From Mobula birostris (taxonomy: Eukaryota), in contig NC_092379.1 in the NCBI RefSeq assembly GCF_030028105.1, positions 99,190,408-99,254,407 of the forward strand: a DNA stretch of 64,000 nucleotides, written 5' to 3'. A program made the translations under genes and the position numbers. Positions 24,385-37,449 of this stretch are shown here, one piece after another. The notes beneath the pieces are model-generated. The model saw only the letters and a program-made list of their open reading frames with translations. It had not been told where the DNA came from and did no database searches. Each line of letters opens with the position of its first letter. The stretch's first letter is position 1.

Positions 24385-24800
24385 ATTAACTTCCGTTAAT
24401 GCCCCTTCTCCCCTTCTTACCCCATCCCCAATTTATTATTTATTTATTTTTCTCTCTTTCCCTCTCACAATAACTCCTTGCCTGTTCTCCATCTTCCTCT
24501 GGTGCTCCCCTCCCCCTTTCTTTCTTCCAAGGCCTTCCGTCCCATGATACTCTCCCTTCTCCAGCCTTGTATCCCTTTTGCCAATCAACTTCCCAGCTCT
24601 TGGCTCCATCCCTCCCCACCTCCCTCCGCCCCCCCCGTCTTCTCCTATCATTTTGGGTCTCCCCATCCCCCTTTCAAATCTCTTACTATCTCTTTTTTCC
24701 GTTAGTCCTGACGAAGGGTCTCAAACTGAAACGTCGACTGTACTTCTTCCTATAGATGCTGCCTGGTCTGCTGCGTTCCACCTGCATTTTGTGTGTGTTA
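24385..24800 (+). mobile_element. Penelope-like element 3' end (pLTR)
   Basis: AACTTCCGTTAA (end of ORF), pyrimidine-rich tract, hammerhead motif, GATGCTGCCTGGTCTGCTGCGTTCCACC...TTTTGTGTGTGT. Confidence 0.85.
24704..24739 (+). ncRNA. Minimal type I hammerhead ribozyme motif
   Basis: Stem I AGTC/GACT, core CTGACGA, GAAA, palindromic ACGT stem III, GTC cleavage triplet (C24735). Stem II is weakened (AG...CT). Confidence 0.7.
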
Positions 24801-24899
24801 CCGTCTCTAATGATCCTGAATTGAGTTGTTTATTACATTATTTGAGAGGGCAACTAGGCATCAGTGGAGCTAGGACTAGAAACAGACAAGGCCACAGGG

Positions 24900-26100
24900 G
24901 CCTGTGCTCCTAGACCCCTGCCATACTCACTTCACACCCAAGTACAGCTCCACTGCCATATTTAAGAACGCTGCTGACACAACTGTTGGTTGAAACAAAG
25001 GTGGTGATGAATTGCCATCTAGGAGGGAGATTGAAAATCTGGCTTAGTGGTGCCACAACAGCCTGTCACACAACGTCAGCTAAATCAAGGAGCTGATCAT
25101 CGATTACAGGAGGAAGAAGTCAGTCCTCATTAGAGAAGATGCCATGGACAGGGTCAGTAACTTCAAATTCCTTGGCATTAACATATCAAGGATCTGTCTT
25201 GGGACCAGCACACAAGTGTTATGATTAAGAAAGCACGACAGCGCCTCTACTTTATTAGAAGTTTGTTTAGATTCCGTCCGCAACCAAAAATTTTGCCAAA
25301 CCGCCTTAGGTACGTAGTGGACACAATTTTAATTTAATTTTCACACCAATGCCTGAGAAAGGAAAAGGCTACAGAAAGTGGTGGATACAACCCAGCTCAA
25401 AGGCAAAGCCTTCCCCATCACTGAGTACATTTGTATGGAGGGCAGTCACAATAAAGCAGCATCCCTCATCAAGGACCCCCGCCACCCAGGCTATGCCCTC
25501 TTCCCAATACGTTCTACCAACAGGGAAGAAGTACAAAAGCCTTGGGTTGCACACTACCAGGTTCAGTAACCACCATGAGGCTCCTGAAATGACGTGAAGA
25601 AATTTCACTCACTGCTACTCTGAACAACCTATAGACTCACATTCGAGGGCTCTTTACAACTCATGTTCTCAGTATTATTTTTTGTTTGTAGTTTGTCTTC
25701 TTTTGCACATTGATTATTTGTCAATTTTTGTATGTTTACTTACAGTTGCTTGTAAAGTTGCATTTTATTGTGTTTGGAGATACAATGCAGAATTGTTCCT
25801 TCCAGCCCTTCGAGCTGCACCGCCCAGCAACTCTGATTTAACCCTAATCACGGAACAATTTACAATGTCCAATTAACCTACCTGGTATATCTTTGGACAG
25901 TGGGTGGAAACCAGAGGACCAAGAGAAAGTCCATGCATTCCACAGGGAGAACGTAGAGACTCCTTACAGAGAAGACCGGGATGAACTTCAACACCCTGAG
26001 CTGTAATAGCATCACACTAACCACTATGCTACTGTGGCACCTAATTAATTCTATTGTATTTCCTTTATTATCCTGCAAATCCCTGAAGACTGACCTGTAC
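24900..26100 (+). mobile_element. Rex1/Babar-type LINE 3' part (V-SINE inserted in its 3'UTR)
   Basis: KAASLIKDPRHPGYALF, LPTGKKYKSLGLHTTRFSN. Confidence 0.82.
25778..26040 (-). mobile_element. V-SINE (HE1-like)
   Basis: Minus strand GTGCCACAGTAGCATAGTGGTTAGTG head, then V-domain GTTCTCCCTGTG...TGGTTTCCACCCACTGTCCAAAGA. Confidence 0.85.
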
Positions 26101-26171
26101 CTCTCAAAGACTGAATGCCAGCTCATAGCTCCCTCTAGACCATGACGTCACTGTTAAACATTAGGCCAATT

Positions 26172-26930
26172 CAGTGGATTCCGGTTAATTGGGCCATCAG
26201 TTAATTGGGACAGCCACTTATTTGGGACAACACTTAAAGAACAAAAACAAATTGAGAAAATAGCCACTTTATTTGGAACTCTATGCTGCTTAATTGGGAC
26301 AGGAGACTGTTGCTGAAGTTTCTATCAAGCTTCAGTCGCGTGCACTTGAGCAGTCGTTGAACACTACAAGGTGTTTTGAGCAAACAGTTTTTAAAGAGCG
26401 CCAGTTGTATGTGTTCGTGTTCAAAAAGCAGTGACTTTAGTCACTGATAGCAAGAAATAAGCAACAAGACAATTCGGAACTATTTTGCTCACTGCTGTTT
26501 CAAGCATTCAGGATTGGAGATGGCAGCTGTAAAAATGAAATGATTTTACTACTTCAACAAGTTAGGCACGACAAAGAATTTCAAGGTATTGACAATCATC
26601 TTGAATGTTACAAAGAAAATGAAGATTCAGAGGATGCGACCGCCAAAAACATTTTATGAAGGCAATCCATCATCTGCAAAGTTCAAATGTTTAAATTTAT
26701 TTTCCAATATGTCACCATATACAACCCTGAGATTCATTTCTTCCAGGCATACTGAAAAAGATCCAAAAACTGAAATAGAATCAATGAAATGAACTTGGTC
26801 AATTAAAAAAATATGGCAACATACACTGAATTCCTCTGTCGATAACTATTAGGAATTAGTTTTATAGTACTGTAGTAGTATTGTTAGTATCCTAATTTGT
26901 TCTGTATTTCATTTTCTATCTTTATAATTC
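26172..26930. mobile_element. Second, truncated copy of the Tigger-like MITE in the opposite orientation
   Basis: Begins CAGTGGATTCCGGTTAATTGG; internal sequence is the reverse complement of 23030-23795. Confidence 0.8.
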
Positions 26931-27244
26931 GACTTGGATAAAAAAAGAATTTTGACAGTAAATATTGTTTTGCTAACAGAAGCAAACAAAGAGGTGTACA
27001 GGTAGGAAACAAAGGAGCAGAGAATGATTCTGATCCCAGTCACATTCCTTTGTGGGTAAATAAGGCACATCGGAAGTCCTGAATATATTTTAGGAGGTTG
27101 ACAGATTTCTAGGCACAAAAGGGTCAATTAAAGTGGTTTGGAGAAGGTGGGAATGTGGTACTGAGAGAGAAAAACCAGCCACGATCATACAGAATGGTGC
27201 TGATGGTCTCCTCTGCTCCTGTTTTCTAGGTTTCTATAAGAAGA

Positions 27245-27510
27245 GTACCTCAGCAGCTAGCGTGATGCTGTTACAGCTCAAGGTGGCAGATCCTGGCACC
27301 CTCTGTAGTTCTCCCCGTGGAACCCGTGTATTTTCTCCAAGTACTCTGGTTTCCTCTCACGGTCCAAAGACGCACCAGATAGGTTAATTAGTCATTGTAA
27401 ACCGTCCCTGATTAGGTTAGGGTTAAATGGCTGTCTTCAGGGCTGGCTGAGGTGGTGCGATTCAAAGGGCTACAAGGGCCTATTCTGCACCGTATCTCTA
27501 AATTAATTAA
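27245..27510 (+). mobile_element. V-SINE
   Basis: GTTCTCCCCGTGG...CTCTGGTTTCCTCTCACGGTCCAAAGACG...GGTTAATT. Confidence 0.8.
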
Positions 27511-28935
27511 TAGTTTAAAGCAGGATGAATTGCAGAGACAATAGCTCAAATGTACTCGTGTCACAAATTTGTCTACAATGGAACTGCTGGAAATGTTTCT
27601 CATTATGCAGATACAGTACATAATCTGAAAACGCCATGCACACTATGAAATATTGGTAATAACACTGGCTACATGTTTTGATTACTTAAAAGTATATGAG
27701 CAATCACACATTCTGTGAATTTATCTGTCACTATTAGGATAAGGCAAGAACCATAGATTAACCACTTAAAAAGGCATTTGCAATTTGAGTAGCAAAGCTG
27801 GTCCTGGACTTATTTCCTGGCATAATTTACATATTAGTATTTATGGTTTTATTACTATTTAATTATTTATGGTGCAACTGTAATGAAAACCCCTGGGATC
27901 AATAAAGTATGACTATGACTATTAGCTATTTCACAAATCCTGACCATTAGCAATCCAAATGGTTGATAACACAGTGAAAATGTAAGGATTAAGATGTATG
28001 GAACATTAATCACATGCTTTCCACAAAAAGGCATTGTTGGCCTGAAATTACATTATTTCACCTCAGCCAGGAAGTTTGCACTGTCCTATTTCACAGCTTT
28101 CATCAAAATGCCTGCCTTTAAAAGATTTTGCTGAATAACTAACCTTCTTCCAAACTGGTTTCTAGAATTTTAATAATTGTTCAGTCACTAAGGAAATTGA
28201 AAGTTCTCCAGCAGAATAGCGTGACTTATAGTACCGATTCACATCAATTCATCAAATCTCTTCTATTGAATTCAGATAATTCAGCATCAGAAGCCAAGGA
28301 TATAACTTGACAGGAATGCAAGTATTTCAATAAACTCTCACTTTGAAATAATAAACTTTATACAATGTTGCACCAAAACAAACACAATTGTGTTAATTTA
28401 TAATACAAAGATTTAATTCAAAATTAGTAACCACTATAGCAATGGGAGAATCCAGTTATGCAAGTAGCACTAAAGTTCTGAAATAATGTCTCCTTTGTCC
28501 CATCATCTCAAATCTCTACAAACATCTTTGCTATTTATCATAGTTCCTGAAAATTCTTTGCTTCTATCACCAGAACGTTTCCCTAACTCTATCTTTAAAT
28601 TATATCCATTTCCATCGCAGCTCTCAATTTTCTAAGCTTTATCAGTATATAGTTTACAAACGATGTCCCATAAATTGGACGCGATGACTTGAAATTTTGT
28701 TTTCTTTAGTAAGAATAATCTAAACAAAGACAATATGGAGTGAAGATATACAAACAAAAAAAAAAGTCCTTGGCCTGAATTGAGTTGGGTGATCTTGGGA
28801 ATGAATGGGTCTCCTATAATTGTTTTCAATACCCACACAAGTAAGAAAAAAATGGTAGAATTCCCACTCTTGCCATCTATAAAATCCACATGCATAGACA
28901 TAGATGTGATTATCCCCAACTACTTAACAGACTTG

Positions 28936-30031
28936 TGTTACGTGCCCACAGTTTCGTTTTCCCTGGGAGTCCATAGTTTCATTTACTGTGGGTGTCACGT
29001 GTCCCCAGTTTCGTTTCTGTGAGCGTTACCTTATGACGTCTGCCAACGGTATAAAAGACATGTGGTCATAGTGTTGAGGACTCCAAAGGGGAAAACAAAA
29101 AGAGAAAGGGAGGGGGGGGAGAGGGGGGGGGAGGAGGGGGGGGAGAGGGGGGGGGAGAGGGGGGGGGGAGGGGGGGGGGGGGGAGAGGGGGGGGGGAGAG
29201 GGGGGGGGGGAGGGGGGGGAGGGGGGGGGGGAGAGGGGGGGGGAGGGGGGGGAGGGGGGGGGGGGGGGGGGGGGGGAGGGGGGGGGGGGTGGGAGGGGGG
29301 GGGGGGGAGGGGGGGGGGTGGGGGGGGGGGGGGGGGGGAGGGAGGGGGAGGGGGGGGGGGGAGGGGGGAGGGGAGAGGGGGGGGGTCGGGGGGGGGGGTC
29401 GGGGGGGGGGGGGGGGTGGGGGAGGGGGGGGAAAGGGGAGGTGGGGGGGGGAGGGGGGGAACAACTGCACTTCAAGCTATCTGGGAACAGCTCACGATCG
29501 AGAAGGGTAAAGTCTAATGCCTACCCATACCAAAGGATTGGATTAATCAGCGGCACACTGTGCATTGTGGAGACGTGTCTGTCCTTCGTATGATCCATGG
29601 GTGTGGATTTTGTGACATTCACTTTGTGAAATCGCTCTTCGTGGGCTTCGGAACAGTATTCCTCGGGCTGGCATCTTCCGGTAGCCATTTTCTTCGTTCG
29701 CTAGCCATGGAATCTTTGGAATTCGTCGTGATCGCCTCGTCACTGCAAACTGTGAATCCACACGTCTCTCCTCTCACATATTTTTGTGAATTACTGGGAC
29801 TCTCTGAACTGCCACTTTCAGGACTGTGCTTGAGTAAGATTTGTTAAGAACGGTTTTCTAAGTTTGACTGTAATGGAGCAATAGATGCATAACACTTATA
29901 TTCTGTTTAGGAAAGTAGTTTGTTTGATTTTCTATATTTTTGAGTAGATGTAAGTTAATATAGTGGTTTTAATATTAAAACCCAACTCAATTTGTCATCT
30001 CTTGGCTGCTGTGCGTTACAAAATCATAACA
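28936..30031 (+). mobile_element. Gypsy-type solo LTR
   Basis: TGTTA...TAACA termini with 4-bp TSD CTTG (28932-28935 and 30032-30035); TGACGT and TATAAAA at ~29034-29056; ATTAAA at ~29974. Confidence 0.8.
29100..29460 (+). repeat. Poly-G/purine low-complexity tract
   Basis: ~350 bp of G runs punctuated by A, directly visible. Confidence 0.95.
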
Positions 30032-30249
30032 CTTGCGATCCAAATCAACTTTGAAGCAAAGTAAATGAAAATTTCTGATATGCAAACATGAGTCACTGTC
30101 TTGTTTGAGTAAAAGTTCATTCACCTCAGAATCAAACCTTTCTCCAAAGTTTTCATGATAATGACACAGAGGGAAGGTATTTAGTTTTGTTCTTCTATCG
30201 CCACCAAATTGTCCCTTCATAGGACAACTTCCCATGCAACCACAGAAGT

Positions 30250-30900
30250 AGTTATGGTTGTCCTTCTACATCTTTCCATTCACCAACAGGACCCAAACAA
30301 CCTTCCAAATGAGTCAGTGAATAGGTGACTATTTTGCCACAACACCTGCATTCAGTCCAGTGAGCTTTGCACTGTCTTCCACTTCAGTGCCCAGTCCGCA
30401 CTCCATTTTTATACATACACTGTTATAATGAAACCTAATACATAATCCCATCTTCATTTAAGGCATGTTGCAGCCTCCTGGATTTGGTACTGAATTCCAT
30501 AAACTTTACATTGCTTGCTTTCTTTCTTTTATCAGAACTGGCCTGTTCTGCTGTAGGCTAGCCATGTGCAATTTTAGTTCAGATTTCCTCCATTAGCATG
30601 ATGTGACCTGCAGGACATTTTGTACACCCCTGAATTTCATCCTCATGTTCCTTTGCTTGTGTTATTTATCCAGCAGCCCTCATAAGCCTATAAACTAGGT
30701 GACATCATCTGCAGCTTACCCCAACAGCAACCCCATGATCAGATGTAGTCTCTTTGCTCTATGCAGCCCTTCTCCAACCCTCGGTTTCTGAAAACAAACT
30801 TGCTTTCTCCCTTTTGTAGTTCTGTTAAAGATTTTTCTAGCCTGAAGCATTAACTCTATTTCTCTTTTCGCACAACCGAGTGTTTTCTGCATTTTTCAAA
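30250..30900 (+). mobile_element. Old Penelope-like fragment
   Basis: GGACCCAAACAACCTTCC and CATCTTCATTTAAGGCATGTTGCAGCCT resemble the GIY-YIG C-terminal region seen at 32700-32795; decayed terminal motif. Confidence 0.5.
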
Positions 30901-31324
30901 TTTAATTCTTCCCACTATACCTGATTTGTCTCTTCCAAAGGGAAATCCAGTTAAAGACTCTTTCTGTAGAACACCGGTTTTTTCATTCTTCAAGATTTTA
31001 TATTATTCTCATTGAGTTTCTCCATCCTATCAGATTGTTGTCATTCTGAATTGTTTATTCCACAACAACAGCTCCCATCACCTCAGGATTTATTTGCCAC
31101 TTTTACACTAGTGCCTTTGGTTATCCACCCTTCAGTCATTGGAAACAGAATGTGCTGATCTTTATTTAATTCATCTAAATCTTTGGGGCTTCCAACAACA
31201 ACAGCTGAGATGTTACCACGCAAATGGTGAACATGAAGTATCACAGGCTTCATCCACCACCCAGCCCATGTTTCACTGCAGCTACTAGTATATGTATTGC
31301 TATGGTTGATGATACAATGCATAT

Positions 31325-32020
31325 TAAGACCACAAGACATAGGAGGAGAATGTGGCCATCGCGTCTGCTCTGCCATTCCATCACAGCCGACTCCTGAACC
31401 CTCTCAATCCCGTTTTCCACCCTGCTCCCCATAACCTTGGACATCCTTAATAATCAAGAACCTTTCAACCTCTGCTTTAAATATACCCAAAGACTTGGCT
31501 TCCACAGCCGTTTGTGGCAATGATTCACCACCCTCTAGCTAAAGAATTTCCTCTTCATCTCTGTTCTACAGGGAGGTCCTTCTATTCTGAGGCTGTACCT
31601 TCTGGTCCAAGACTCCCACACTACAAGAATAATCCTCTCCACATCCACTCTATCTATGCTTTTCAATATTCAAAAGATTTCAGTGAGATTCTGCACCCCC
31701 CACATATTCTTCTGAACTCCAGCAAAAACAAACCCAGAGTAATCAAACACTCCTCATATTTTTATTAATTTATTCAGCAGAGTAGAGCCTTTTGGCCCAT
31801 CCAGCCATGCAGCCCAGAGATCACCCAGTTTAATCTTAGCCTAATCACGGGACAATTTTACAAAGTGTCTTTGGACAGTGGGAGAAAACCTACGCAGTCA
31901 CGGGTAGAAAGTACAAACTCCTTACAGGCAGTAATGGGAATTGAACCCAGGTCGCCGGTACTGTAAAGCACTGTGCTAACCACTAAGCCACTGTGCCGCC
32001 CCTTAACCCTCTCATCCCCA
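31325..32020 (-). mobile_element. CR1 3' fragment with nested V-SINE (31775-32002)
   Basis: AAGACCACAAGACATAGGAG tail and CR1 3'UTR antisense; SINE head GGGCGGCACAGTGGCTTAGTGGTTAGCAC and B-box GGTTCAATTCC. Confidence 0.8.
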
Positions 32021-32049
32021 GGATCATTCTATTAAGGGACTGTAGCACA

Positions 32050-32250
32050 ACCAGAAGTGTGTCTACAGGCTGAGTCCACTCTGGCCTCTCAGGTGGATGC
32101 AGAGGATCTTATGAGACTCTTTCAAAAAGCAACACACGAATAACTCCCGATCCTTAATTTACAATTATCAACACCATGGCAGATTATCATCATGGTGCTC
32201 TTCAGGTTGGCTTACTGACTTCATTTGGAGCTGTATTTCCTACGCTACAA
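32050..32250 (+). mobile_element. Decayed DeuSINE-like element
   Basis: CCTCTCAGGTGGATG...GATC...CAGATTATC...TTTCCTACGCTACA resemble Deu-domain motifs. Confidence 0.5.
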
Positions 32251-32689
32251 GGTACGGATCCTCCCCACTTTATAACAGGGTTCTCTTCCTGTCCACTGCT
32301 TGATACACAAGTTCCCACCAAGCAGCAGATGCCTGCAATCCAGAACAGTTGGCAAATCAATCCATCTGGTGTCCCAAACACATTTGTATTTACAGACTGT
32401 ACATACATCAGCTGTTCCTATGCTCCATACTTTGAAAATGCAAAGTTTGTGAAATATGCACATTTCTTCCTTTTTCCCCTCTCTCCTTTTCCTTCTCATC
32501 CTCCTTTGCATTCAGGAATGTCAACTCTGGTTTATCAAAACGAAGCTATTATCTTCAGCACAATTTCATAGCCATGTCTGAATCGGGTTTTATATCACTG
32601 GCATATGTCGTGAAATATGTTGCAAATATTTGCATCAACAGATTATTAAACTCATTCATAATACTGTGTGTGTTTCACAAACAAGAGAA

Positions 32690-33200
32690 AATCCACTGCG
32701 AAGAGGCCACAGTCAGATTGGAGGAGCAACACCTTGTATTCCATCTGGGTAGCCTCCAAACTGACGGCATGAACATCAATTTCTCAAACTTCTGGTGACT
32801 GCACCCCACCTCCTCCTCCTTCACCATCCCCATTTCCCATCTCTCACCTGATCTGCTTACCTGCCCATCATCTTCCTCTGCTGCTCCTTCACCTTCCCTT
32901 TCTTCCATGGCCTTCCGTCCTCTCCTATCAGACACCCCCTTCTTCAGCCCTGTAGCTCTTTCACCAATCGACTTCCCAGCTCTTTACCTCAGCCCTCCCC
33001 CTCCCCTGGTTTCACCTATCACCTACTACCTTGTACTACTTCCTCTCCTTCTCTGCCCCCCCCCCCACCTTCTTAATCTAACTTCATCTCTCTTCTCTTT
33101 TCTAGTCCTGATGAAGGGTTTCAGCCTGAAATGCCAACTGCTTACCCTTTTCCATAAATGCTGCCTGGCCTGCTGAGTTCGTTCAGCATTTTGTGTGTAC
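32690..33200 (+). mobile_element. Penelope-like element 3' end with hammerhead motif (33104-33139)
   Basis: EATVRLEEQHLVFHLGSLQTDGMNINFSNF is a PLE ORF C-terminus; AGTC-CTGATGA-AGG...CCT-GAAA. Confidence 0.88.
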
Positions 33201-33475
33201 TACAGATCTGAAGGTTGCTAGTTCAAGCCTCAGCCGAGGCAGCATGTTGTGTCCTTGAGCAACGCATTTAAACACATACTGCTCTGTGACGACACTGGTG
33301 CCAAGCTGTATCGGCCCTAGTGCCCTTCCCTTGGACAACATCGGTGGCATGGAGAGGGGAGACTTGCAGCATGGGCAACTGCCGGTCTTCCATACAACCT
33401 CGCCCAGGCCTGCGCCCTAGAAACCTTCCAAGGCGCAAATCCATGGTCTCATGAGACCAATGGATGCCTATATAT
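33200..33475 (+). mobile_element. tRNA-derived SINE
   Basis: AGGTTGCTAGTTCAAGCC B-box-like, followed by GTGTCCTTGAGCAA; ends in a short (TA)n. Confidence 0.55.
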
Positions 33476-34271
33476 AACATGCGTTTGCACAATTGCTTCA
33501 AACCTGTCTGAGTTATTACATAGAGCACATTACAGTACATTATTCTGGTATCTGGATGTAGTTGTTACTTCACCATCCTTGAGGTTGGTTCCACAGGGAA
33601 CTGACAGGAAAACATAGGCTTTCTCTTCATTCGTTTATCTTTCCCTTAACATATTAAGAGGGAAACTACCATATTAAAGTAAATGTGATGGGCTCATTGT
33701 TCACAGTAAATCACATTGCGCCAAGCTGAGAGAGGAAGAAAAGGGGGAGACATCTATACTGAATGAATTTCCTTTTGGCAATGTGAAGTTTTATGGGTTT
33801 CTGTAATTATACAGCATTTTCTTTTCCCACAATCAGTGTGTTGTGCTCAAGTCTCTGGAGTTAGTCTTGAACTTCGAACCAAGAGTTGAAAGTGCAATTG
33901 GCTGAACCAGGACTTGCAGTGAGGAGTATTATTGATCAAAGGAACTATTATGGTACTGAAGGGAATGCTGTTATTCAGTGGTTAAAAATAAGAAAGAAAA
34001 ACAGTGCATTTCCTGGATAAACAGAATACTGAAAATAGTCAGCAGATCAAGCAGTGATTGCAGAGAGAGCAACAGAACTGATTCAGATTCAGAAGATTAA
34101 AGATTCAGAATAGTCCAAATAAAAGATCACGGACCCGAAACAGCCACTGTTTTGCCACAGATGCTGCCTGACATGGCATGCAGCTTAATTATTGAAGAGC
34201 AAACTAGAACACAACAGAACAATGTACCACCAGTAAAACGTTTGCTCCATTCTAAAGTGGTACAGTTAATT

Positions 34272-34773
34272 TACACTCAGCGGCCACTTTATTAAGTACA
34301 TTTGTAGACCTGCTTGTTGGTGCAAATATCTAATTAGCCGATTATGTAGCAGCAACTCAATGCATAAAAGCATGCAGGCATGGTCAAGAGGTTCAGAATG
34401 GTCAACATCAGAATGGGGAAGAAATGTGAACTTTGACCGTGCAATGACTGGTGGCGCCCGATGGAGTGGTTTGAGTATTGCAGAAAGTGATCTCCTGAGA
34501 CTTCATGCTTTATAGCCTCCAGAATTTTCAGAGAATGGTGCAGAAAACAAAGCATCCAGTGACTGGCAGCTCTGTGGGTGAAAACACCTTGTTAATGAGA
34601 AAGGTCAGAGGAGTACAGCCAGATTGGTCTGAGCTGACAGTAACTCAAGTAACCATGCATTACAACAGGGATGTGCAGAAGATCACCCCTCAACGCATGT
34701 CATGTTGAAACCTGGTGAATGGGCTGCAGGAGAAGACCACAAACATATTCTCAGTGGCCAATTATTAAATACA
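34272..34773 (+). mobile_element. Tc1-like non-autonomous element
   Basis: Same terminus and internal sequence as 22332-22632. Confidence 0.78.
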
Positions 34774-35344
34774 GCAGCCATCAAGTGTACATTAACAAAG
34801 CAGCAAATATTTGTCTATGGAGGTAGATTGTCCATGAGAAAAACAATTGGGAGAACTGGTCAGTTATTTGAAGGAGCAGGTATCTGAGCTGTAAATAACT
34901 TTAGGATCAGCCAGTTAAAAACTGCCCAAAATATTTTGGTCCATTAATTTGTCGTGTACAAAAAACTGACACTTTTTAAATCAACTTCTAAAGTTGAATA
35001 TATCGATCTTACGCAAACTTATTACCTGCTTCCAGTTTCACTATGGTGGTTTGATCTACAAGTACAGTTTGTCTCCAAGCATAGTTAATCTAACAGGATA
35101 TTCAAAACTATGTGACTTTCCATACTTTATCTGCAAAACTAAATATATCTTTGGAAAGAGCAACAAAATGGAAATTGGCAAGGGGTCAGTTGATAACAGC
35201 GACGCAGACCTGAAAGATCAACAATTATTAAGCTGATAGTGTCACTGCTCCAGTATCAGCTGCAAAAACACGAAATGTATGATATCTGATCATGGGAGCA
35301 TGACATCATTTAAATAGGCTTTGTCATTACAAACAGTATTGTGT

Positions 35345-36405
35345 TTTAGAAACAGAAATCTACAGCACATTACAGGCCCTTTGGCCCACAATGTTGTGCC
35401 GACCATGTGACCTACTGAAGAAACTGCCTAGAATTTCCCTATCGCATAGCCCTCTATTTTTCTAAGCTCCACGTACCTATCTAAGAGTCTCTTAAAAGAC
35501 CCTGTTGTATCTGCCTCTACCACCTTCACTGGCAGTGCATTCCACACACCCACCACTCTCTGGGATGAAAAACTTACCTCTGACATTCCCCTTGTACCTA
35601 CTTCCAAGCACCCTAAAACTGTGCCCCCTCGTGTTAGCCATGTCATCCCCGGGAAAAAGCCTCTGGCTATCCACACAATCATTGCCTCTCATCATTTTGT
35701 ACACCTCTGTCAGGTCACCTTTCAACCTCCGTCACTCCAAGGAGAAAAGGCAATGTTCACTCAACCTATTCTCATAAGACATGCTCTCCAATCCAGGCAA
35801 CATCCTTGTAAATCTCCTCTGCACTCTCTTTATAGTATCCACATACTTCCCGTAATGAGGTGACCAGAACTGAACACAGTGCTCTAGTACAATCTAACTA
35901 AGGTCTTATATAGCTGTAACATTACCTCACAGCTCTTGAAAATCCCACAGTTGGTGAACACACCATACACCTTCTTAACAACACCCCAAGATCTCGCTGA
36001 TCCTCCACACTGCCAAGTCTTACCATTAATATTATATTCTGTCTTCAAATTTGACCTTCCGAAATGAACCACTTCACACTTAACTGGGTTGAACTCCATC
36101 TGCCACTTCTCAGCCCAGTTCTGCATCCTATTGAAGTCTTGCTGTAACCCCTGACAACCTTCCAGACTATCCACAGCACCCCCAACTTTTGTGTCATCAG
36201 CAAACTTACTAAGCCACCCTTCTACTTCCTCATCCAGGTCTTTTATAATAATCACAAAGAGGTTGTGTACCAGTGCAGGTCCCTGCAGAACACCACTGTT
36301 CACTGTCTTCCATGCAAAATACAAACCATCTACAACCATCCTTTGCCTTCTGTGGGCAAGCCAATTCTGGATCCACAAAGCAAGGTCTCCTTGGATCCCA
36401 TGCCT
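35345..36405 (-). mobile_element. CR1 LINE 3' part
   Basis: WIQNWLAHRRQR...SKFADDTK...WQMEFN and SQRVVGVWNALP; tail at ~35350. Confidence 0.92.
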
Positions 36406-36904
36406 TGTTTTGTAGTTTTAGCCTTGCTTATCAAAACTTACCATAATCATTGGTTAAAGTTATCATCTATCATTGATTTTTAGTGAATAATTCAGCACTA
36501 ACCCCTAAAATATAAGACACTAATTTCCTGACTTGTACTTTTTACACTGTACGAATTATTTTTCTTTTTGAAAAATTCTGTTTTTTAAAAAAAGTTCATT
36601 CTCTGCTTTGTTGTGTTAATCAGAGAGAATTCTGAACTTTCACGTATCTCACAATACAAGTGGCTAAGTGCATCTGCCAGTTCTCAGAGCAAACCCATCA
36701 ATTCTCTCCCACATTTATTCCCTACAACCTATTCCCTTCCTCATACCCTTCAATTCCACACTGTATCTCCATCAACAATTGACTCCAGGAATGATTTACA
36801 GCAATCAATTAATGTAATGAGCAGTAAATCTCTGGGATATTTGATAAAACTTGAGTAACAAATGGAACTCATGAAGATGCATTCAAACTCCACACAAATA
36901 CCGT

Positions 36905-37205
36905 GGGGTGTCACGGTAGCATAGCAGCTAGCCTGACTCTACTACGACTCTGGCTATCAGAGTTTGGAGTTCAATCCTGGTGCTGTCTGCAAGGAGTTTG
37001 CACTTTCTCCCTGTGATTGTGCTGGCTTCCTCCGGGCGCCCTGGTTTACTCTCACAGACCAAAGACCTCCTGGTTAGTAGGCTCATTGGTCATTGTGAAT
37101 TGCCCTGAGATTAAGCTAGTGTTAAGTAGGTGGGCTGCAGAGTGGCATAACTCGTTACGCCAGAAAGGCCTTTGTTCTGCACACATCTCTGAATAAATAA
37201 AAATA
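36905..37205 (+). mobile_element. V-SINE
   Basis: GGGGTGTCACGGTAGCATAG head, GAGTTCAATCC B-box, GGAGTTTGCACTTTCTCCCTGTG V-domain, A-rich tail. Confidence 0.85.
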
Positions 37206-37449
37206 ATAATGAAGAACTGAACCTGGGTCATCAGAGCTACATGCTACACGACTGTGCTGCCTTACTTGATAAAGAGTTTATTTTCTAACCTGATCCTTAA
37301 GTATCTTTATCGTAACCTTGGACTCATCCATTTTAATAATATACTAGTCTATCACACTTACTTTCCCAAACCTTTAATAATCATGAAGAATTTCATCTTT
37401 ACTCTTCTCAGCACGAACTTCTTATTTCTTTTAAATGTACTGACCCTGA

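Noticed and set aside
29026-29593. Poly-Pro / poly-Gly ORFs (formin- or extensin-like)
   Set aside because: By-products of the G-tract, open in multiple frames on both strands, and inside an LTR.
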